Assembly (NCBI GenBank): GCA_902384455.1
Contig: CABMCB010000008.1
Coordinates: 1 to 14,239 of the forward strand
Direction of reading: 5' to 3'
DNA from: an uncultured archaeon
GTDB taxonomy: Archaea > Altiarchaeota > Altiarchaeia > IMC4 > SCGC-AAA252-I15
DNA: 14,239 bases
Position 1 is the first letter of the stretch; each line of letters opens with the position of its first letter. Shown here one piece after another: positions 8,923-14,239 of this stretch. Under the pieces are notes generated by a model. That model saw nothing but the letters and a program-made list of their open reading frames with translations. It had not been told where the DNA came from and made no database searches. The position numbers and the translations under genes are program-made.

Positions 8923-9864
8923 ATGGAAAACCAATTAAAACGTATGGACAAAAGGGCCAAGACGACAACAATAACCCTCCTAATACTCGCAACTCTAACG
9001 TCAACCGCCCACGCAGCAACCCTAACCCTCGGAAGCATCACAGACATATCCCGCCTAACAATACCCGCCGGAGGAGACGGCACATTCCAAGCCTCATTCT
9101 TCACCCTAGAATCAACCCCCGTAGAAATAACATTCAACGTAGAAGCACCCCCAGAAGTCATGGTAAGAATCGACCCACAAAACATCACAATAACATCAAA
9201 CTCAACCGACTGGCCAAACGAAGGAGGCTCATGGTACGTCCTATCCGACACCGGAACATACATACGAACATACCCCGTAAAAGTCAGAGTCAGAATACCC
9301 TCAATACTAACCCAAAACGGATACAAAATAAAACTCACCGCAATAGCAAAAAACGCGCGAAGCGCATCCGCACCAGGAATACAACAAAAAGTAGCCCAAT
9401 CACGCGAAATAACATTCTACGCCTACACACCCGGACCCATAGAAGGATTCCCAACAACAAACGACCAAAACACCCAAAACTCAGGCACAACCGGAACAGA
9501 AACCGGCCCATACATACCAGCCTCAGACAGAAGCACAGACCAAGGAGGCCAAGCAAACAGCCCCTCAGGAAACTACCCCAACAACCCCGCAAACCCCATA
9601 AACACCGGAGACACAAACAACCAGAATACAGGAAACAACAATCCCACAGGCAACAACCAACAAAACACCCAAACAACAACGAAACAACAACAAAACAATC
9701 AGCAGACACACACAACCACAAAAACACCCACAGCAGACATAATAGACGCCACAAAACCCCCAAAAACAACCAGCAGCCCACTAATCACAATCGCCGCAAT
9801 AGCCATTTTAGCGGCAATCGCGCTCGTAATAGCATACGTCATACACGCTAAATGGAAAAAATAA
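8923..9864 (+). CDS. Membrane-anchored exported protein: Ig/chaperone-like domain, N/Q/T/P-rich linker, C-terminal TM helix (alternative start ATG 8944)
   Basis: It has a signal peptide (KRAKTTTITLLILATLTSTAHA), a ~140-aa beta-rich domain, a low-complexity linker at ~9450-9780, a hydrophobic segment LITIAAIAILAAIALVIAYVI and a basic tail HAKWKK. Codon style matches the neighbouring genes. Confidence 0.88.
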   Translation: MENQLKRMDKRAKTTTITLLILATLTSTAHAATLTLGSITDISRLTIPAGGDGTFQASFFTLESTPVEITFNVEAPPEVMVRIDPQNITITSNSTDWPNEGGSWYVLSDTGTYIRTYPVKVRVRIPSILTQNGYKIKLTAIAKNARSASAPGIQQKVAQSREITFYAYTPGPIEGFPTTNDQNTQNSGTTGTETGPYIPASDRSTDQGGQANSPSGNYPNNPANPINTGDTNNQNTGNNNPTGNNQQNTQTTTKQQQNNQQTHTTTKTPTADIIDATKPPKTTSSPLITIAAIAILAAIALVIAYVIHAKWKK

Positions 9865-12800
9865 GACTGATAGCAGCCGCACTACTAATCATAGCAAGCG
9901 CCAGCTACGCATCAGCCGTCGCCCCAGAAATAAACCACGTAACACACTACCCAGAATTCACAATACTCGGAAAAAACGTCACAATAAACGCCACAGTCAC
10001 AGACGCAGACGGCAACCTACTTCTGATAACAGTAAGAATCACAGACCCATACGGAACAGCCAACAACTACATGATGAACCCCGCCAACGGCACAACAACA
10101 CCCTACGGCGGACTATACACCTACGCATACGCCCCAAACATGAGCGGAATATACGACTACCAGATAATCGCAATGGACGCCCTCGGCGAATCAACAAGCA
10201 CCAACGCATCCTCCTTCTACTCCGTAGACCTGGGCGGATTCAGAATAGACAACCTAACAATAAACGTAGAAGTAAAAGCAAGCTGCTGCGGACTAATAAG
10301 CTACTTCTACGCACCCGACTACATAATCCGAAACCAAACAGTCGTATTCCTAATGTTCTTCAGCAACTGCGGCAACATACGACTCAGCCACTTCCACGAC
10401 ATATACGTCACAGACAACGAAGGCAACGTACTAGCAAACCTAACCGGCTCAGGATACCCCTCAGACCCAGTAGAACCACTAGAAGAAACATTCTTCTTCA
10501 CATTCTGGGCTACAGCAGGCTCACCACCCGGAAACTACACAGTAATAGGATACACAGACTACGACAGCATAGTATCCTTCCAAGAAAACCAAACATTCAC
10601 CCACTACACAAACCTCACAGACAACCCCTCATACACCTGCTTCCAAAACTCCACAAACGTCATCTGCACAAACATAACCCAAAACTCATGCGAAAAACAA
10701 TACGGCCCAACAATACACATAACAACAGACCAAGCCACCAGCACACCCCTACCCAACCAAAACACAAGCACCCAAGCATACAACGGCACATTCGACATAG
10801 ATGGCGCAATACACAACGTATACACCTGCATAGCAAACACATGCAGCGAATACTGCCAAGCATGCATAAGCAAAGACGAAAACGTCACACCCGACGAATG
10901 CGGCAGAAAAGGAGAAGACCTAACAACAGTCCCATACCGCATAAACACCATAGAAACAAACGGACTAGACGCAAGCTTCCAACGCTACGAAGAAACATGC
11001 GACTTCACAAAAACCACATACAACTGCACATACACCCCCGACAGCGGCTTACTATGCAGCCAAACAGTATACTGCTCAGGCCGAGCAATACGGACTAAAG
11101 TAGTCCAGCTTATAGAGTCGTTCGGTCAGACAGAAAAATTCATGCCAAGCCCAGACATACTCCTCATACGGGAAGTGCCCTCAAGAATCAACCAGAAGTT
11201 TACAGAATGCGACCCGTCCGACCCATGGAGCAACTGCTCATCCGGCAGAGTCAAACTGTTCGCCTACAACCGGGGGCAAAGAGACGTCCTAAACCTGCAC
11301 GTAGACGACCAAAGCGAAAGCACATTTTGCTACCCCGGAAACGGCGACTGCTACCCGCTCGACTACAAATGCGTGAACAGCCCCAACTACGACTGCTTCA
11401 AAGGCAAAGCAGGAATCAACACCACAAACCTAATACAATACAACCGCAACGTCACAGCAGGAGAAACCCTCAACTTCAGCATACAATCCAAAGAAGGATA
11501 CCTGCAAAAAAACGCAATACTACAGATGTTGCCGCCCTCCGCAGCAACATGTCAAAACATAACTCCCACAAGCACACGCCAAGAAACAGACGGCAGCAAA
11601 ACATACAACTTCACATACACAGTACCCTCCGCCGGAAACTACATATACCGCCTCACATCCACGGACAAATTCGGAGAAACACTATACGGAGAACCAAACC
11701 TCCTCACCACCGGCGCATCAAACAACCCCGCAACAAGCCCGCAGATAACAAACACCACACTCTACAACTACCTCTTCTTCAACCAGAGCATAGCAATCGA
11801 AGTGAACACATACGACGCCCAAGACGACATCTACAACGTACAAGCCGAAATACTCACCCCAAACAACATAACCCGAATACCAATGTACAACGGCAGCTTC
11901 ACGCTAGCAATGACCAGAGGACTAACCCCGCTCACTACCGTCCTATCAAACCTTTTCGCCTCGCCCCAAGCCTACTCACAAAGCTACACGGTGCCGACAC
12001 ACAGCGAATACTACGTCCGAGTAAGAGTTGAAGACGCCACCGGAAACGTCGTATACACTCCGTTCTACTTCATAAACAACACGCTCTACATAACCGAAAA
12101 CCAAACAAGCCGAATACAATTCCAAACACACCAGGCAGTCAAAGTAGGCGACTACCAGATGTTCGAATACGACATAATACCCTTAAACAACCAAACCCTC
12201 TACACCCAAATAAACGCAACAACCCCCAACTACTACCTCTTCAACGCCACAGCCACATACTACCTGAGCATCCTCTCATTCAACCAGACCGAAGCAAACA
12301 CAACACTCAACATCAGCCAATACTTCAACATACTCCCCGCAGACCAAGGATACATGAGCAAAGAAGACGACCCCACATACAACATGCCAGAAAGCAAAAA
12401 AATGCGGCTATCAAACGTAACCGCAGTACAATACACATTCGACCTCATACCCGAAACACCCGAAGAAGAACGAACCCACCCCGGAAACGAAACAATCAAC
12501 GCCACACTAACAATAACCTCCCTAGCCGGCGACATAAACCAAACAAACCCATGGCAACTACACATGTCCGTACCCCAAGTCTGGAACATAACAACATGCG
12601 CCCCACCCCCAACATACACATGCGAAATAATCACACGAACACAAATAGAACTAAACTCAACAAACCCCCTACCAACAGGACAAAACACCACAATAAACCT
12701 CACACTACAACCAACAGGCGGCCTCTACACCCTGCCCACAAACAAAAGCTTAGGGACAATCCTTAGCAGAACATACCACCAGGAAGACATTCCGGGGCTG

Positions 12801-14239
12801 TTCACCGTAAGCCGCCAGTACGTAAGGCGAAACGTAACCCAAAACGTAACCCAAAACATAAGCGTACCCCAAAACATAAGCATACCCCAACCCCTACCAA
12901 CTCAAGGGCCCAACATACTCACAATAAGGGAAACACCCCACTTCCTAAACCAAAACGAAAACTGCGACCCCCAAAACCCCTGGCAAACATGCTACTACAC
13001 AGACGTAAGGCTAATACTATACAGCAGAGGAATAGAAAACGCAACCCGCACAACCACATACGACTTTGCCAAACCAGAAAACTGCGCGCCAACAAACACA
13101 TGCAGGCCGACGGCACTGCGCTGCAGCAACACCACCGAGTACCTCTGCGACATATGCCCGCTAAACATAACGCTACTAACAATAAACACGACGACTACGG
13201 GCGGACAGGCGACAGTGAACGCCACACTAACGCCTTCAACGGAAGTTAAAAACGCAGTGCTGTCAGTATACTCAGACTCAACCGGCTGGACAGCGTACAG
13301 CCCAAATTCAACGCAAGAAGCAGGAAATCAACGCCTGTACACATATAGTTTCCCCCTCCCCGCGGGCTCAGACGTGCTGTTGCGCCTTGACGCAACCGAC
13401 ACATACGGCACAACAATCTCATACTCTCCCGACCCAATAAGAAAATCCAACAGCACACCAGCAGCAACACCCCCCACAATCAAAAACCAAATAATAGCGT
13501 ACACGCAGGAAAACAGGACCGCAATTTTCAGAGTGAACGTAAGCGACACAGCAGACGACGTAACCTCAGTAACACTCGACCTAATGAGGCCGGAAAGCAA
13601 TCTTGCAGACTCATACGTGCTGACGGAAATCGAAAACTACAGCCGCCCATTCATACTAAGGCTGTTTGCCAGCCAAGACGAGCGCACATACCAACGCAGC
13701 ATAGAACTACCAGTAACAGGACTATACATATACCGGTACAAAGTCCAAGACAACAACGGCAGCATAACATACTCCGACTGGACGACGCTATCCACATACC
13801 ACGTGGCATCATCAGACGAACTCTACTGCATAAGATTCACCCTCCTTAAGGACCTCCCGCCACAAGACTTCGTCATACTAACATACGACCTCGCCCCAAC
13901 AAACAACACCCAATACTACACGCAAAAACCCGAATCACCAGCGTACGTGTACAACGCAACAAGCCTGTTCTACCCGCCAAACGCGATAAGAGCAAACTTT
14001 ACTGAAGCTGGCGGAACATGGTTTTTGACGTACAACCAAAGCGCGTTCCGCGCAGAAGAAGACTACGCCCCATTCAACCCACCGATAAACCGCTACGCAT
14101 ACCTCAGAAACATATCCGCATTCCACTACTACCTAGACACAGACCCAACAAACACAAGCATAACATACTCCGACTGGACGACGCTATCCACATACCACGT
14201 GGCATCATCAGACGAACTCTACTGCATAAGATTCACCCT
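9852..14239 (+). CDS. Large secreted Cys-rich multi-Ig-domain surface protein, >1460 aa, 3'-truncated (absent from the supplied ORF track)
   Basis: Translated by hand from ATG 9852: MEKIRLIAAALLIIASASYASA|VAPEINHVTHYPEFTILGKNVTINATVTDADGNL... I found no stop codon before the window end (...SDELYCIRFT). It has a signal peptide, overlaps the previous gene by 13 nt, uses the same A/C-ending codon bias, and carries many sequons and an internal repeat. Confidence 0.9.
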   Translation, partial: MEKIRLIAAALLIIASASYASAVAPEINHVTHYPEFTILGKNVTINATVTDADGNLLLITVRITDPYGTANNYMMNPANGTTTPYGGLYTYAYAPNMSGIYDYQIIAMDALGESTSTNASSFYSVDLGGFRIDNLTINVEVKASCCGLISYFYAPDYIIRNQTVVFLMFFSNCGNIRLSHFHDIYVTDNEGNVLANLTGSGYPSDPVEPLEETFFFTFWATAGSPPGNYTVIGYTDYDSIVSFQENQTFTHYTNLTDNPSYTCFQNSTNVICTNITQNSCEKQYGPTIHITTDQATSTPLPNQNTSTQAYNGTFDIDGAIHNVYTCIANTCSEYCQACISKDENVTPDECGRKGEDLTTVPYRINTIETNGLDASFQRYEETCDFTKTTYNCTYTPDSGLLCSQTVYCSGRAIRTKVVQLIESFGQTEKFMPSPDILLIREVPSRINQKFTECDPSDPWSNCSSGRVKLFAYNRGQRDVLNLHVDDQSESTFCYPGNGDCYPLDYKCVNSPNYDCFKGKAGINTTNLIQYNRNVTAGETLNFSIQSKEGYLQKNAILQMLPPSAATCQNITPTSTRQETDGSKTYNFTYTVPSAGNYIYRLTSTDKFGETLYGEPNLLTTGASNNPATSPQITNTTLYNYLFFNQSIAIEVNTYDAQDDIYNVQAEILTPNNITRIPMYNGSFTLAMTRGLTPLTTVLSNLFASPQAYSQSYTVPTHSEYYVRVRVEDATGNVVYTPFYFINNTLYITENQTSRIQFQTHQAVKVGDYQMFEYDIIPLNNQTLYTQINATTPNYYLFNATATYYLSILSFNQTEANTTLNISQYFNILPADQGYMSKEDDPTYNMPESKKMRLSNVTAVQYTFDLIPETPEEERTHPGNETINATLTITSLAGDINQTNPWQLHMSVPQVWNITTCAPPPTYTCEIITRTQIELNSTNPLPTGQNTTINLTLQPTGGLYTLPTNKSLGTILSRTYHQEDIPGLFTVSRQYVRRNVTQNVTQNISVPQNISIPQPLPTQGPNILTIRETPHFLNQNENCDPQNPWQTCYYTDVRLILYSRGIENATRTTTYDFAKPENCAPTNTCRPTALRCSNTTEYLCDICPLNITLLTINTTTTGGQATVNATLTPSTEVKNAVLSVYSDSTGWTAYSPNSTQEAGNQRLYTYSFPLPAGSDVLLRLDATDTYGTTISYSPDPIRKSNSTPAATPPTIKNQIIAYTQENRTAIFRVNVSDTADDVTSVTLDLMRPESNLADSYVLTEIENYSRPFILRLFASQDERTYQRSIELPVTGLYIYRYKVQDNNGSITYSDWTTLSTYHVASSDELYCIRFTLLKDLPPQDFVILTYDLAPTNNTQYYTQKPESPAYVYNATSLFYPPNAIRANFTEAGGTWFLTYNQSAFRAEEDYAPFNPPINRYAYLRNISAFHYYLDTDPTNTSITYSDWTTLSTYHVASSDELYCIRFT
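11151..14156 (+). repeat. Diverged ~586-aa internal repeat in the fourth gene (copy 1 from 11151; copy 2 from 12909, incomplete)
   Basis: PDILLIREVPSRINQKFTECDPSDPWSNC...VKLFAYNRG matches PNILTIRETPHFLNQNENCDPQNPWQTC...VRLILYSRG at an offset of 1758 nt. Later paired motifs are RLTSTDKFG/RLDATDTYG, PATSPQI/AATPPTI, LFAS/LFAS, VEDATG/VQDNNG, YDIIP/YDLAP and FNAT/YNAT. Confidence 0.85.
12831..12890 (+). repeat. Short in-frame tandem repeats: 2 x 12 bp (AACGTAACCCAA), then 2 x 18 bp (AACATAAGCRTACCCCAA)
   Basis: Read directly from the sequence. It encodes NVTQ-NVTQ-NISVPQ-NISIPQ. Confidence 0.9.
13761..14239 (+). repeat. Exact 83-bp direct repeat: 13761-13843 equals 14157-14239 (second copy runs to the window end)
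   Basis: The sequence agcataacatactccgactgg...taagattcaccct is identical in both places. The offset is 396 nt, which is in frame. Confidence 0.97.

Noticed and set aside
12831-12890. Short repeats as a CRISPR array
   Set aside because: The units are 12-18 bp, directly adjacent, in frame within a CDS, with no spacers and no cas genes.
463-14126. Many minus-strand ORFs rich in Val/Leu/Cys/Phe (e.g. 5179-6036, 8796-9338)
   Set aside because: They are antisense to well-supported genes, their composition simply mirrors the A/C skew, and they show no recognisable motifs or RBS.
13761-14239. Repeat pair as a diversity-generating retroelement TR/VR
   Set aside because: The copies are identical with no adenine-specific mismatches, both lie within the ORF, and no reverse transcriptase is present in the window.

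Overview
This window holds four tightly packed + strand genes, all apparently for secreted or cell-surface proteins. They are: (1) the 3' end of a LamG/concanavalin-like domain gene; (2) a giant 2838-aa protein with a signal peptide, two ~430-aa predicted 8-bladed beta-propellers, duplicated Ig-like modules dense in N-glycosylation sequons, and no C-terminal membrane anchor; (3) a 313-aa protein with an Ig/chaperone-like domain, an N/Q/T linker and a C-terminal TM helix; (4) a >1460-aa Cys-rich secreted protein starting at 9852 that runs off the window and is missing from the supplied ORF track. The GGAGGTG ribosome-binding site, sequon density and protein style suggest an archaeon, probably DPANN-like (inference only). 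The best candidate for a new system is the pilin/WxL-like C-terminal domain of the giant protein next to a membrane-tethered chaperone-like gene, which could be an usher-less donor-strand adhesin display system. A second striking signal is a fine-scale mosaic of A/C-ending versus G/T-ending codons. I found no RNA genes, CRISPR arrays or mobile elements. All domain names come from reading motifs by eye, not from database searches.
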